Positions 50,308 to 60,336 of a DNA stretch of 64,000 bases are shown piece by piece. Position 1 is the stretch's first letter. Each line of letters begins with the position of its first letter. The position numbers and the translations under genes were made by a program. The DNA comes from an uncultured delta proteobacterium (GTDB lineage: Bacteria > Desulfobacterota > Desulfomonilia > UBA1062), in assembly GCA_963798485.1 (NCBI GenBank), contig CAWCTR010000010.1, forward strand, positions 32,001-96,000, written 5' to 3'. Below the pieces are notes generated by a model that searched no databases, was not told where the DNA came from, and saw only the letters and a program-made list of their open reading frames with translations.

Positions 50308-50342
50308 AAAAAACAGCCGGCTGATTCCATTCAGCCGGCTGT
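50308..50342 (-). terminator. Rho-independent terminator of glgP
   Basis: ACAGCCGGCTGA...TCAGCCGGCTGT stem followed by a T-tract on the minus strand. Confidence 0.85.
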
Positions 50343-50362
50343 ATCACTTGTAAAATAAACCC

Positions 50363-52510
50363 TCACCCCAGTATCCCGGTCTCGGTTGATGTCGCGCTGG
50401 CTGCGGGCATGTAGAAACGCTCGGCATAGTCCTTGACCATGCGGTCTGCAATGAAGCGCCAGCCAAGGGTCTGCATGGCGTGTTTCATGCGTTTGACCCA
50501 CTGGGAGGGGATTCCGTGGATGTCCCTATGGTAGTAGAGCGGGATCACCTCTTTTTCGAGTGTCTCATAGAGATATGCAGCGTCCCTTGCGTTCTGCACG
50601 GCCAGGTCGTTGTGCATGCCCCCGTGGCCTACGGCAAAACCGTTGTTGCCGTCGTACGCCTCGTTCCACCAGCCGTCCAGCACCGAGAGGTTGAGGCCAC
50701 CGTTCAGGACGATCTTCTGCCCGCTGGTGCCGCATGCCTCAAGCGGTCTGCGCGGGGTGTTCAGCCACACATCCACCCCCTGTACGAGGTGGCGTGCCAC
50801 GTTGTAGTCGTAGTTCTCAACGAACACGATGCTGCTCCTGAAGTTCTTTGTATAGCTGAGCTGGGCGATTTTCTGCAGGAGCAGCTTGCCCTCGTTATCC
50901 ATGGGGTGGGCCTTACCTGCGAAGATGATCTGGATGGGGCGGCGGGAGTCATTGATCATCTTGGTAAGGCGGTCCATGTCCGAGAGAATCAGGTCCCCGC
51001 GCTTATAGGTGGCAAACCTGCGTGCGCAGCCTATGGTCAGCACATCCGGGTCCAGGATGTGCTCGACCTGTTTGGCCATATCCAGATCTCCTCTGCGCTC
51101 GGCCTGTATGCGCAGGCGGCGCCTCACAAATCGGATCAGTCTCATCTTCAGGCTCTGGTGCGTCTCCCACAGCTCCCCGTCTTCGATGTCTTCCATACCC
51201 TCCCAGATATCCGGGTGCACCATGCGCGTGGCCCAGTCCTGGCCGAGGCGTGTCTGGAACAGCTGGTACATCTGGGGCGCCAGCCAAGACAGGACATGCA
51301 CCCCATTGGTGATGTGGCCGATAGGCACCTCTGACTCAGACCTCCCAGGCCAGAGGCTGTTCCACATGAGGCGGCTCACCGAGCCGTGGATGGCCGAGAC
51401 GCCGTTTGCATGACGGCAGCTCTTCAGCGCCAGCACTGTCATGCAGAAGGGTTCTGTCTTGTTGCCAGGATCAACGCGGCCAAGGGCCATGAAATCATCG
51501 TGGGACAGCCCCAGCCTTTCCCGGAAAAGACCGAGATGCTCATCGATCAGTTCGGGCGAGAAGCGGTCATGGCCTGCAGCAACAGGGGTATGCGTGGTAA
51601 AGACCGTATACAAAGATACGCGCCGGTGTGCGCGATTAAAGGGGATCTGGTCATACTCCATTATCCGGCGCACCTCTTCAAGGATGGCAAAGGAGCTGTG
51701 TCCTTCATTCAGGTGGAGTACACCGGGGAAGATGTTCAGCCCCTGTAGTATGCGTGCGCCCCCAATACCCAGCAGCAGCTCTTGCCGGATGCGGAGCTTA
51801 GTGTCGCCCCCGTACAACCGGCAGGTCAATTCGCGGTCCTCGGCTGAGTTTCCTTCCATGTTGGAATCGAGCAACAGCAGGCGGATGCGTCCCACCTGAA
51901 CCTGCCAGACACGGGCCAGCAGAGGGGTGCTCCTGGTATCTACCCGTACAACCAACGGCTGTCCGCTTGAATCCATAACCTCTTGCAGCGGCAGCTTTTT
52001 TATGTCGATGTTGAGGTATTCTTCTTCCTGCCATCCCTCCTTGTTCAGGCGCTGACTGAAATAGCCCTGCTGGTAGAGGAGCCCGATACCGATCAGGGGA
52101 ATTCCCAGGTCAGAGGCGCTTTTCAGGTGGTCGCCCGCCAGGATGCCCAGGCCCCCGGAATAGATCTGCAGGGATTCATGCAGGCCGAACTCGGCAGAGA
52201 AATAGACCACCGGCCGGTTGTTCAGATTGCCGCAGTGAATGGCGCCCCAGGTCTTCTGCAGCTCAATATACTCATTGAGCCGCCTGAAGGCATAGTTTAT
52301 ACGACTGTGGAGTACCAGCTCCGAGGCCCGGTCCTCCACCTGTGAAGGGGTGATCTGATTCATGAAGGCAACCGGATTATGTTCCACCTGTCGCCACAGA
52401 TGGGGGTCCAGGTCGGTGAAGATGCTGATGACCTCAGGATGCCATGTCCACCAGAGATTATCGGCCAGGGTGCGGAGACGTTTATGGAGATTGATGTTTG
52501 TGTCTGTCAT
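50363..52510 (-). CDS. glgP: Alpha-glucan (glycogen) phosphorylase
   Basis: YFSAEFG, YSGGLGILAGD, HLNEGH, ARRFATYKR and EACGTSGQK. Confidence 0.96.
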   Translation of the reverse strand: MTDTNINLHKRLRTLADNLWWTWHPEVISIFTDLDPHLWRQVEHNPVAFMNQITPSQVEDRASELVLHSRINYAFRRLNEYIELQKTWGAIHCGNLNNRPVVYFSAEFGLHESLQIYSGGLGILAGDHLKSASDLGIPLIGIGLLYQQGYFSQRLNKEGWQEEEYLNIDIKKLPLQEVMDSSGQPLVVRVDTRSTPLLARVWQVQVGRIRLLLLDSNMEGNSAEDRELTCRLYGGDTKLRIRQELLLGIGGARILQGLNIFPGVLHLNEGHSSFAILEEVRRIMEYDQIPFNRAHRRVSLYTVFTTHTPVAAGHDRFSPELIDEHLGLFRERLGLSHDDFMALGRVDPGNKTEPFCMTVLALKSCRHANGVSAIHGSVSRLMWNSLWPGRSESEVPIGHITNGVHVLSWLAPQMYQLFQTRLGQDWATRMVHPDIWEGMEDIEDGELWETHQSLKMRLIRFVRRRLRIQAERRGDLDMAKQVEHILDPDVLTIGCARRFATYKRGDLILSDMDRLTKMINDSRRPIQIIFAGKAHPMDNEGKLLLQKIAQLSYTKNFRSSIVFVENYDYNVARHLVQGVDVWLNTPRRPLEACGTSGQKIVLNGGLNLSVLDGWWNEAYDGNNGFAVGHGGMHNDLAVQNARDAAYLYETLEKEVIPLYYHRDIHGIPSQWVKRMKHAMQTLGWRFIADRMVKDYAERFYMPAASATSTETGILG

Positions 52511-52675
52511 AGTAAACCCCTCAAAAGTTAATGTGTTGAAAATCTGGTAAGACAGCTTAAACATACTTTAAGCATCATAGGTAGTATTTAGCATTAAGGG
52601 CATGGGACAGGAAACGGTAAAATATAATTTATTCAGTATTCATCACCGTGAAAGAGTGTGATAATAAATGCCTCC

Positions 52676-52897
52676 ATGATTGAAAAGATCCCCTTCATGC
52701 ACCGGCAGAAGACATATAACATCATCATCGAGGATGACATCGCCTTCACGGCCCTGCATTCCATCCTTGACGATCTCATCAGCCGGGGGGCCTTCCCTGC
52801 AGAGGAAGGCTGTGCAGATCTTTATGATGTGACCCACGAAGAGATGTGCTATACTATAGGCGTTGACGGCACTGATGTCATCATTGCGGTAAAATAG
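52676..52897 (+). CDS. Small acidic hypothetical protein
   Basis: Plausible codon usage; first gene of an apparent operon ending in nadCAB. Confidence 0.55.
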   Translation: MIEKIPFMHRQKTYNIIIEDDIAFTALHSILDDLISRGAFPAEEGCADLYDVTHEEMCYTIGVDGTDVIIAVK

Positions 52898-52908
52898 CGG
52901 TCTGGTCC

Positions 52909-53721
52909 ATGGTCGATATCCACCTGTGCCAGCCTGACGCCCAAAAATCATGCGCTGCTTGCTGCGGGATCTATAATTACACGGACAACACCAGGGACTC
53001 CCTGGAAAAACGCTTTCTCTCCCGCACGAATCTTTTCTCCCGGGTGAGGGGAAACACGCTTGCCATCAAAGACTATCAGGCCATTATCCGTCACAAGGAG
53101 AACTCGAAGCGCATCTATTCCACCATCTACACCTGCGAGTTTGTGGGTTTCTTGGATGAGGGCTTCAAACGGGTAGGGTGCATGCTCCATCCCCTGATGA
53201 ATTACGGGGACGACCTGCGCATTATCAGTTTCTATGGCAGGGATATCTGTGAAGGCCACTTCTGTCCCAGCTACCAGAAGCTTGATGCCCATGAGGCGCG
53301 CATCCTCCTGGCTGCGCTCGATGACTGGTACCTCTACGGCAGCGCCATTACGGATATCGACTTTGTGAAGACCTTTTTCAAGATCATCCAGGACCGCCTG
53401 GGCGGGACGCTGGACGTGAAAAAGGTCAGGTCTGCGCCAGGGCTCCTTGGCATTATCAGGCGCTATTGCGGCCTGAAGGTGACCTGGCCGTTCCGGGATA
53501 ACAGTAGGCCCCGGTTCGGAAAGTATTACTTCGTGGGAGAGGAATATGATATCGCCCGCATCGACTATGCATCGCTCTCTGCCCCTGTCTCTGTCTATGA
53601 CGCCATCTTTGTGAGCCTGTCCTCCCTGTTTAAAAGCAAGGTTGAGCTGGACAAGGCCGCCCGGATGATAGATGCTCTGATCGAGGAGTTCTGTTGTGGA
53701 TACAGCCGAACTGATGGATGA
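52909..53721 (+). CDS. Cys-rich hypothetical protein (possible metal/Fe-S binding)
   Basis: CQPD...SCAACCG, CEFVGF, GCMLHP and C..HFCP. Confidence 0.7.
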   Translation: MVDIHLCQPDAQKSCAACCGIYNYTDNTRDSLEKRFLSRTNLFSRVRGNTLAIKDYQAIIRHKENSKRIYSTIYTCEFVGFLDEGFKRVGCMLHPLMNYGDDLRIISFYGRDICEGHFCPSYQKLDAHEARILLAALDDWYLYGSAITDIDFVKTFFKIIQDRLGGTLDVKKVRSAPGLLGIIRRYCGLKVTWPFRDNSRPRFGKYYFVGEEYDIARIDYASLSAPVSVYDAIFVSLSSLFKSKVELDKAARMIDALIEEFCCGYSRTDG

Positions 53722-54529
53722 TATCATTCAACTGGCGCTGGATGAAGATGGAATAGACATCACCACCGAGGCCATCTTTCCCGAAGAGTGCACGCTACAG
53801 GCCGTCATGAAGGCAAAGGCGGACGGCATCATTGCCGGCGTGCAGGTGGCAAAAAGGGTCTTCAGCCTTGTAGACCCCGGCATTGCATGCTTATTCGAGG
53901 TCCACGATGGACAATCCGTGGTTGCAGGTTCTAAGATCGCTGTTATCTCCGGGCCTGCCAGGGGCATACTCAAGGCGGAACGGGTGGCGCTCAACTTTTT
54001 ACAGCGCATGAGCGGCATTGCCACCGGCACGGCACGATATATGAAATGCCTCGAAGGGACCAAGGCGCGTATCCTGGACACACGAAAGACCTCGCCGGGT
54101 CAGCGCGTACTCGACAAGATGGCCGTACGGATGGGGGGCGGGAATAATCACCGTATGGGGCTCTTTGACATGGCACTCATCAAAGACAACCACATCGATG
54201 CGGCCGGGTCCATTACAGAGGCGGTTGACAGGGTCAGAAAGGCTTCCCCTGGTGTTGCCATCGAGGTAGAGGCCAGGAATCTTGATGACGTGAGGACACT
54301 GCTGGGATTGAATGTCGATCGCGTCATGCTGGACAACTTTTCCATCAAAGAGATGAAACAGGCCGCCAAGCTCGTAGCAGGCCGCATACCGCTGGAGGCC
54401 TCGGGCGGCATCACGCTGGAGACCATCCGGGCAGTGGCCCTGACCGGGGTGGACTATATCTCTGTGGGCGAAATCACCCACTCGGTCAAGGCCCTTGATA
54501 TATCCATGATCATCGAGGTGGGACAATGA
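53696..54529 (+). CDS. nadC: Nicotinate-nucleotide pyrophosphorylase (carboxylating)
   Basis: ERVALNFLQRMSGIAT, DTRKT, NHRMGL, LIKDNH, MLDNF and EASGG. Confidence 0.97.
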   Translation: MDTAELMDDIIQLALDEDGIDITTEAIFPEECTLQAVMKAKADGIIAGVQVAKRVFSLVDPGIACLFEVHDGQSVVAGSKIAVISGPARGILKAERVALNFLQRMSGIATGTARYMKCLEGTKARILDTRKTSPGQRVLDKMAVRMGGGNNHRMGLFDMALIKDNHIDAAGSITEAVDRVRKASPGVAIEVEARNLDDVRTLLGLNVDRVMLDNFSIKEMKQAAKLVAGRIPLEASGGITLETIRAVALTGVDYISVGEITHSVKALDISMIIEVGQ

Positions 54530-55560
54530 CGGACCAGGAGGCCCGCGATATAATAATCAAGGTGAAACATGACCTCGGCAACAGGCTCGTCATCCTGGGC
54601 CACCACTACCAGAAAGACGAGATCATCGCATTCGCGGATTATGTGGGCGACTCCCTGGAGCTTGCCAGGAAGGCCTCGCAGATCGATGCGGCCGAGTACA
54701 TCATGCTCTGCGGTGTGTACTTCATGGCTGAAACGGCCGCCATCCTGGCGCCCAAAAAATCCGTGTTTATCCCGGAAATGGCGGCTGGCTGCCCCCTGGC
54801 CGATATGGCGAAGATCGAAGACGTGAACATTGCATGGGATGCCATCACGTGTATAAGCCCTGACGTGATACCTGTCACCTATGTAAATTCCTCAGCCGAG
54901 CTCAAGGCATTTTGCGGACGGAACCATGGCGCTGTCTGTACCTCGGCCAATGCAAAAAAGGTTGTTGCCTGGGCCTTGGACAAGGCCGCGAAGGTGTTCT
55001 TCATGCCTGATATGAACCTTGGCAGGAACACGGCCGGAACCATGGGTATAAAAGATGAAGAGATAGCAACCTGGGACCCTGGTCTGCCAAGCGGAGGGCT
55101 CCAGGCAGCCTATATAAAAAGGGCGCGGATGATCCTGTGGAAGGGCTGGTGTCCGGTGCATTGCCCGGTGTTCACCGTGGCGGATGTTCAGAGGGTGCGT
55201 GCTGAATACCCCGGCATCACGATCATGGTGCACCCGGAGACAGACCCTGCAACCCTCAAGGCGGCCGCGTCATCGGGCTCCACATCCCAGATCCTGGAAT
55301 ACATAGCAACGCTGCCCAAGGGGGGGCGCCTGGCCGTGGGCACCGAGGCAAACATGGTCCTGCGTGCTGCAAAGAAAAATGCCGGTCGTGTTGAGATTAT
55401 CCCTTTAAAAGAGGTATACTGTGACGACATGGCCAAGATTACTCTCTCGAAACTGGCCGTGTCTTTAATGGGTATGACGAGCGGGCAGGGCAACGTCGAG
55501 CTGCCCAAGGCCGTTGCGGCAGAGGCCAAAAAGGCGCTGGATGCCATGTTGAGGATATAG
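54526..55560 (+). CDS. nadA: Quinolinate synthase
   Basis: GHHYQ, GDSL, CGVYFMAE, GCPLA, TYVNS, GWCPVH and HPE. Confidence 0.96.
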   Translation: MTDQEARDIIIKVKHDLGNRLVILGHHYQKDEIIAFADYVGDSLELARKASQIDAAEYIMLCGVYFMAETAAILAPKKSVFIPEMAAGCPLADMAKIEDVNIAWDAITCISPDVIPVTYVNSSAELKAFCGRNHGAVCTSANAKKVVAWALDKAAKVFFMPDMNLGRNTAGTMGIKDEEIATWDPGLPSGGLQAAYIKRARMILWKGWCPVHCPVFTVADVQRVRAEYPGITIMVHPETDPATLKAAASSGSTSQILEYIATLPKGGRLAVGTEANMVLRAAKKNAGRVEIIPLKEVYCDDMAKITLSKLAVSLMGMTSGQGNVELPKAVAAEAKKALDAMLRI

Positions 55561-55562
55561 CT

Positions 55563-57194
55563 ATGAGCACCAAACGCAAAGAGACCGAATGCCTTGTCAT
55601 CGGCACGGGTATTGCCGGCACCACGTGCGCGCTCATGGCCGCAAAGATGGGTATCAAGGTCTGCCTTATCACCAAGCGTTCCGACATCTATGCCACTAAC
55701 ACCAACCGCGCCCAGGGGGGCATCGTATATAAGGGGAACGGCGATTCGTCTCAATTGCTCGTGGACGACATCATGCGGGCGGGCAGGGATATCAACTCGG
55801 TGGAGGCCGTGGAATTTCTGGCGAGAAGGGGCCCGGAGGTGGTCAAGGAGGTGCTCATCGACGAGCTCATGGTGGACTTCACACACTTGACCGGCGCGCA
55901 GGACGAGGATTTCGACCTCACCAGGGAGGGGGCGCACTCGGTTAATCGCATCCTCTATTCGGCGGACAACACGGGTGAGGTGATCGAAAAGGCCCTTATC
56001 AAGGCGGTGAAGGCGCATCCTAATGTCGAGATCATCACCGAGGCCACTGCTATCGACCTTATCACGCTCCACCACCACTCTATTGATATCCAGGCATCCT
56101 ACCAGCTCGATAACCGCTGCCTGGGCGCGTATGTGTTCCTGAACCGGAAGAAGGAGGTTCTGGCCATCCTGGCACAGAACACCGTGCTCGCCACAGGCGG
56201 TCTTGGGGACATCTATTTGCACACCACCAACGAGAAGGGAACGGTGGGCGACGGCATGGTCATGGCACAGCGCGCAGGCGCCCGCATGATCAACATGGAA
56301 TTCATGCAGTTTCACCCCACCACACTCTACATACCAGGAGCCCGGAGGTTTCTCATATCCGAGGCGGTCCGGGGCGAGGGGGCCAGGCTCAAGAACCTTC
56401 GCGGCGAATATTTCATGGAGCGGTATAATCCCGAGTTTAAAGACCTGGCGCCCAGGGACGAGGTGGCCCGCGCCATCTGGGAAGAGATGCTCCACAATTC
56501 CGAAGACCATGTTCTGCTGGATGTTGCGAATTTTGTCCATGAGGATATCCCTGCCCGTTTCCCGACCATATATGCCACATGCAAAGAGGCGGGAATCGAT
56601 ATCACCAGGGAACCTGTTCCCGTAGTCCCTGCGGCCCATTATTTCTGCGGAGGGGTGCATGTGGACATCAGGGGACGGACATCGTTGAAAGGGCTTCACG
56701 CAGTGGGAGAGGTATCCTGCACCGGGCTCCACGGCGCGAACCGGCTTGCCTCCACCTCGCTGCTCGAAGGCCTCACCTGGGGATACTATGCGGCCATCGA
56801 CATCACCGAGCGGATCAATGCAGGCAAGACCGTGAGCGCATCCGTGCTCGGCTCGGCCCGTGACTGGATCCCTGCAGGCAACGTCGAGAATGAAGACCCG
56901 GCGCTCATCGCCCAGGACTGGATGGCCATCAAAAACACCATGTGGAATTATGTGGGCATCGTCCGAACGCCACCCCGGCTTAAACGCGCCATTGAAGACA
57001 TGCGGCACATGTACCTGAGGATCGAGGAGTTCTACAAGGAGACCCCGGTATCCAAAGACATCATCAGCCTGTTCCAGGGCACCCAGTCGGCCATCATGGT
57101 GGCAGAGGCCGCTCTGAGGAATCGCACCTCCATCGGGTGCCATTACATCGCGCCCTCGCGGGGCCTGGAAGGCAACTTCCCGGCCATCAGGTAG
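55563..57194 (+). CDS. nadB: L-aspartate oxidase
   Basis: AQGGI, TREGAHS, QFHPT, SEAVRGEG, AAHYFCGG and HGANRLASTSLLE. Confidence 0.96.
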   Translation: MSTKRKETECLVIGTGIAGTTCALMAAKMGIKVCLITKRSDIYATNTNRAQGGIVYKGNGDSSQLLVDDIMRAGRDINSVEAVEFLARRGPEVVKEVLIDELMVDFTHLTGAQDEDFDLTREGAHSVNRILYSADNTGEVIEKALIKAVKAHPNVEIITEATAIDLITLHHHSIDIQASYQLDNRCLGAYVFLNRKKEVLAILAQNTVLATGGLGDIYLHTTNEKGTVGDGMVMAQRAGARMINMEFMQFHPTTLYIPGARRFLISEAVRGEGARLKNLRGEYFMERYNPEFKDLAPRDEVARAIWEEMLHNSEDHVLLDVANFVHEDIPARFPTIYATCKEAGIDITREPVPVVPAAHYFCGGVHVDIRGRTSLKGLHAVGEVSCTGLHGANRLASTSLLEGLTWGYYAAIDITERINAGKTVSASVLGSARDWIPAGNVENEDPALIAQDWMAIKNTMWNYVGIVRTPPRLKRAIEDMRHMYLRIEEFYKETPVSKDIISLFQGTQSAIMVAEAALRNRTSIGCHYIAPSRGLEGNFPAIR

Positions 57195-57481
57195 TGGCAC
57201 ATGTTGACATCGGATATTCTGACATCGAGAAAAATTTCGGACGAGTACCGATTGAAACAGGGCTAAACAACACAAACCAAAAACACTCTATTCATAAACA
57301 GGCTGGTGGATTTAGATTGTTATGAATGCACATGGCCTGATGAATATTATCTCTGGAAATATTAGCTTGTGGTGATATTGAGTTGGTAAAAAACTGAAGA
57401 TAACGTGATAATCATCTAAAAGGCACCTCCGCCAACATCGCACGGCTATAATACAAGTACTAAGTCAATAGGAGGTGTGTC

Positions 57482-58507
57482 ATGAGAGAGCTGCATGCCG
57501 GGTTGGATCTACATTCAGGGAACACTTACATCGGACTGATCGAGAAAGGGACAATGAAGCGAGTTTTCGAGAAGCGGGTAAGGAATAACCTGGACGAGGT
57601 TGTCTGGACCCTGGCCCCTTACCGTGAGGAGATCAGGGGGATAGCTGTCGAGAGCACTTTTAATTGGTATTGGTTAGTAGATGGGTTGAATGAGGCTGGA
57701 TATGACTGTGTGCATCTGGCCAATCCTGCAGCAATACAACAGTACAAAGGACTCAAGTACGCTGATGACAGGCACGATGCGTTCTGGCTGGCGCAGATGC
57801 TGTCTCTTGGGATCCTCCCCGAAGGATATATTTATCCCAAGGAAGAGCGACCGGTTCGGGACCTGCTGAGGAAGAGATCCTTCCTGGTAAAGCAAAAGAC
57901 AGCCCATATCATCTCGCTTCAGTCGATGATCGAGCGAAACACTGGCGTGCACATGAGTGCGAATGCCTTGAGGAAGGTCAAGGCAGAAGACATTCAGCAG
58001 ATACTGAAGGAAGAACACCTCGTGCTCCTTGGGACAACGAGCCTTGAGACCATAACCTTTCTCGGGAAGAACATCAGGAATATCGAGAAGACGGTCAAGA
58101 GAGAAGTGAAGATAAGAGATGCTTTTGAGAAGCTGCACATGGTTCCCGGGATCGGTGATATCCTAGCCATGACGATCATGCTGGAGGTGGGGGACATCTC
58201 ACGATTTTCATCAGTGGGTAACTTCTCTTCGTATTGCCGGTGTGTCCCTACCGGCAGGTTATCCAATGGGAAGAGCAAGGGCAAAGGCAATGTAAAGAAT
58301 GGGAACCGGTATCTGGCCTGGGCATTTATCGAGGCGGCGTATCTCTCAATGAGGCAATCCCCCAAGATCTCCGGCTACTACAAGAGGAAGGCTTCGAAGA
58401 CTCACAAGATGGTAGCGGTCAAGACCATAGCAAGTAAGCTGGCCAGGGCCTGCTATTATATCCTCAGGGATGGGGTTGAATTCAAGGAAGAGCTGCTCTT
58501 TTGCTGA
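57482..58507 (+). CDS. IS110-family DEDD transposase/bridge recombinase
   Basis: GLDLH, AVESTFNW, ADDRHDA (DEDD), VPGIG and SNGK...KNGNRYLAWAFIEAA. Confidence 0.95.
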   Translation: MRELHAGLDLHSGNTYIGLIEKGTMKRVFEKRVRNNLDEVVWTLAPYREEIRGIAVESTFNWYWLVDGLNEAGYDCVHLANPAAIQQYKGLKYADDRHDAFWLAQMLSLGILPEGYIYPKEERPVRDLLRKRSFLVKQKTAHIISLQSMIERNTGVHMSANALRKVKAEDIQQILKEEHLVLLGTTSLETITFLGKNIRNIEKTVKREVKIRDAFEKLHMVPGIGDILAMTIMLEVGDISRFSSVGNFSSYCRCVPTGRLSNGKSKGKGNVKNGNRYLAWAFIEAAYLSMRQSPKISGYYKRKASKTHKMVAVKTIASKLARACYYILRDGVEFKEELLFC

Positions 58508-58509
58508 GC

Positions 58510-58935
58510 AGGGGAAAACGGCGAGACAGTGATTCTGGTGGCTAAGAACCCTTTTCGTGGTTGCTCCGCCGTTTACCCCTCTCATATAAACAAGAATCCA
58601 GCGGGGAAGTTGCTATGATTCAGATCTGCCTTTGCCATGAGTCTGTATGGTGTGGCCGGAAGAGCCTTTTATCGTGTCACTTACAATTGAACATGACAAG
58701 GAACCGATATTTTTCTGGGACAGTAGATGCTGTCAGGGACGTACAGGTGGAGAGGGCTACTCTTCTGATTTCATCCTCTCAGTGTACAGTCTAAAGCCGG
58801 ATGGGTGCCTGGTGCGGATCATTATCCGTCACCTGAGTATCGTGAAAAATAGGGCGCAGAAAGGGAGTCATTGGAATGGTCCTAGCTGGCTGTACGTTAG
58901 ACCTGCAAAAAAAAGTGCGACGGTGAACTATGTTT
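58510..58935 (+). ncRNA. Candidate bridge/seek RNA of the IS110 element
   Basis: ~430-nt non-coding region with multiple hairpins. It contains ATGGGTG (58801), identical to the right end plus core, and ATTATC (58821) / GAGTATC (58835), complementary to the left end GATAATC. Confidence 0.65.
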
Positions 58936-59031
58936 TTGTTGACAGGGGCCTTTTAATGGGTGCCAGTATCGGCGCTCTGGTATGCTATACCTATTTGTGG
59001 AGATCATCTGTTTATACACATTTAAAATTAT

Positions 59032-59376
59032 TTATAGAGCCTTTTCGTAGATTTTCTGCCAGCGGTTATCATCGGATGTGCTAGTGATCTTAATTGCCCC
59101 TTCACCTTTTTTAAGATCTACCCAAGCAATAACTCCGTTGATTGTAATACCATCAGAGGGGATCATAAACTGGAGTGATCCGCCTATGTAATCTATGGCC
59201 TGAATTGTGGTCCTTGGTTTAAAAAGTTGAGGACACATAAGGCACATGCCATGCTGGTTGATATCTTTTGTAAAACCACGACTGTTAAACAACCTTCCTA
59301 CTTTGATCAAAAATGTGATCTTAACTTTTTTCCGCTCCTGTTTCCTTCGCTCATGAACAACATTATTAATTTCCAT
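59032..59376 (-). CDS. Stand-alone PilZ-domain c-di-GMP-binding protein
   Basis: RRKQER (RxxxR), DINQHG (D/NxxxxG) and GVIAW. Confidence 0.85.
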   Translation of the reverse strand: MEINNVVHERRKQERKKVKITFLIKVGRLFNSRGFTKDINQHGMCLMCPQLFKPRTTIQAIDYIGGSLQFMIPSDGITINGVIAWVDLKKGEGAIKITSTSDDNRWQKIYEKAL

Positions 59377-59478
59377 CCTGAAATCTCCACCCACTTTCTG
59401 TATAGGTCTTTCCTTGAAGTACTTTAAAAATATTGGCTTAAGTAATTATCATATAAAGTAATGGCCCTCTGAATATGT

Positions 59479-59494
59479 TGCAATGTCGATGCCA
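59479..59494 (-). promoter_or_regulatory. Putative sigma54 promoter of the PilZ gene
   Basis: TGGCATCGACATTGCA, near consensus. Confidence 0.7.
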
Positions 59495-59620
59495 TTAGAA
59501 AAATAACGAGATATCATATGGTTAGAACGAGCAATAATAACCTTCTGTGCAGAGAAGTAATATATTACCATTTATATGGAAATAGAGTGCTGTTTTTAAA
59601 GTAGGCCGAAGTATAGGTGT

Positions 59621-59696
59621 GTGCCAGGTGCAACGCTCTGGCTTGAAGTGATAGGCTTCGTATGTTTCGAACCAAAATCTTCGGTTTTAGGGCTTT
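59621..59696. repeat. Dispersed ~75-bp repeat, copy A (similar to 60866-60940; core also at 58960)
   Basis: GTGCCAG-N10-CTGG...GATAGG(C)TTCGTATGTTT...CCAA.ATCT; about 70% identical to copy B by hand alignment. Confidence 0.75.
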
Positions 59697-59756
59697 TCGA
59701 AAACGCCAATTTATTGCAGAAATCTCTGCCTTAGACAACTTAACTATATCAAGTTA

Positions 59757-60323
59757 CTAAATGTCATTAGGTCTATCTTCAAAAGTACTCATAGGTTTCG
59801 CTGTTGACCATTCTGCTAAGAGATCCTCAAGTTTCTTCACTTCGGGGTTTATACTAACATAACCTTCGAGTTCAAGAAGCTCCCCAAAACCTCTATCAGC
59901 AGTGACAACTTGTATTTTTGATATACCATTAAGAAAGCGGAGGTGATTAACTTTCGTTTTAATATAATCCATATCCCAATTATTTTTGCCAATTGTGAGT
60001 TTGTGGCGTTCTACTAGTTCATCCTCTGTAATGTCTTTATCTGGCAAACCCGGAAGCGAGGTGTCTCCACGAACATGAATCAATCGCTTAAACAAGTCTG
60101 TAGCCATGATATTTATTTGATCGGCCTGATCCTGTGAAATTTGACCAGACCGGCATTTCATGTCTATTACGTCAAAAAATTCCTGTCTAACCATTGGACT
60201 TGATGTACAACACATTCCACATAGAAGGGCTTTCTTTGAACATAGCCAGCTTACAACCTCACTCCCCTTTTCGGGTAGGAAGTATTTTAGGATCGCACAA
60301 GTATCTAAGAACAAGGTTCTCAT
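59757..60323 (-). CDS. PIN-domain (VapC-like) ribonuclease
   Basis: N-terminal LFLDTCAILKYFLPEKGS, conserved E, D and VVTADR; AT-rich. Confidence 0.8.
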   Translation of the reverse strand: MRTLFLDTCAILKYFLPEKGSEVVSWLCSKKALLCGMCCTSSPMVRQEFFDVIDMKCRSGQISQDQADQINIMATDLFKRLIHVRGDTSLPGLPDKDITEDELVERHKLTIGKNNWDMDYIKTKVNHLRFLNGISKIQVVTADRGFGELLELEGYVSINPEVKKLEDLLAEWSTAKPMSTFEDRPNDI

Positions 60324-60336
60324 GACTATAATCTCC

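Larger units (their letters stand above)
57405..58962 (+). mobile_element. IS110-family element of IS1111 type (long 3' non-coding end, sub-terminal inverted repeats)
   Basis: GTG core at both ends (57405 and 58960); TAAAAGGC (57417) / GCCTTTTA (58948) inverted repeats; TTGACA at 58939 and GATAAT at 57407. Confidence 0.85.

Noticed and set aside
50480-51899. Several plus-strand ORFs up to 284 aa
   Set aside because: Antisense to glgP; a by-product of high GC3.
55188-57275. 695-aa minus-strand ORF
   Set aside because: In-register antisense shadow of nadA/nadB with no recognisable motifs.
58647-59084. 145-aa ORF in the IS110 right end
   Set aside because: It crosses the inferred element boundary and the structured RNA region, and has no RBS or motif.
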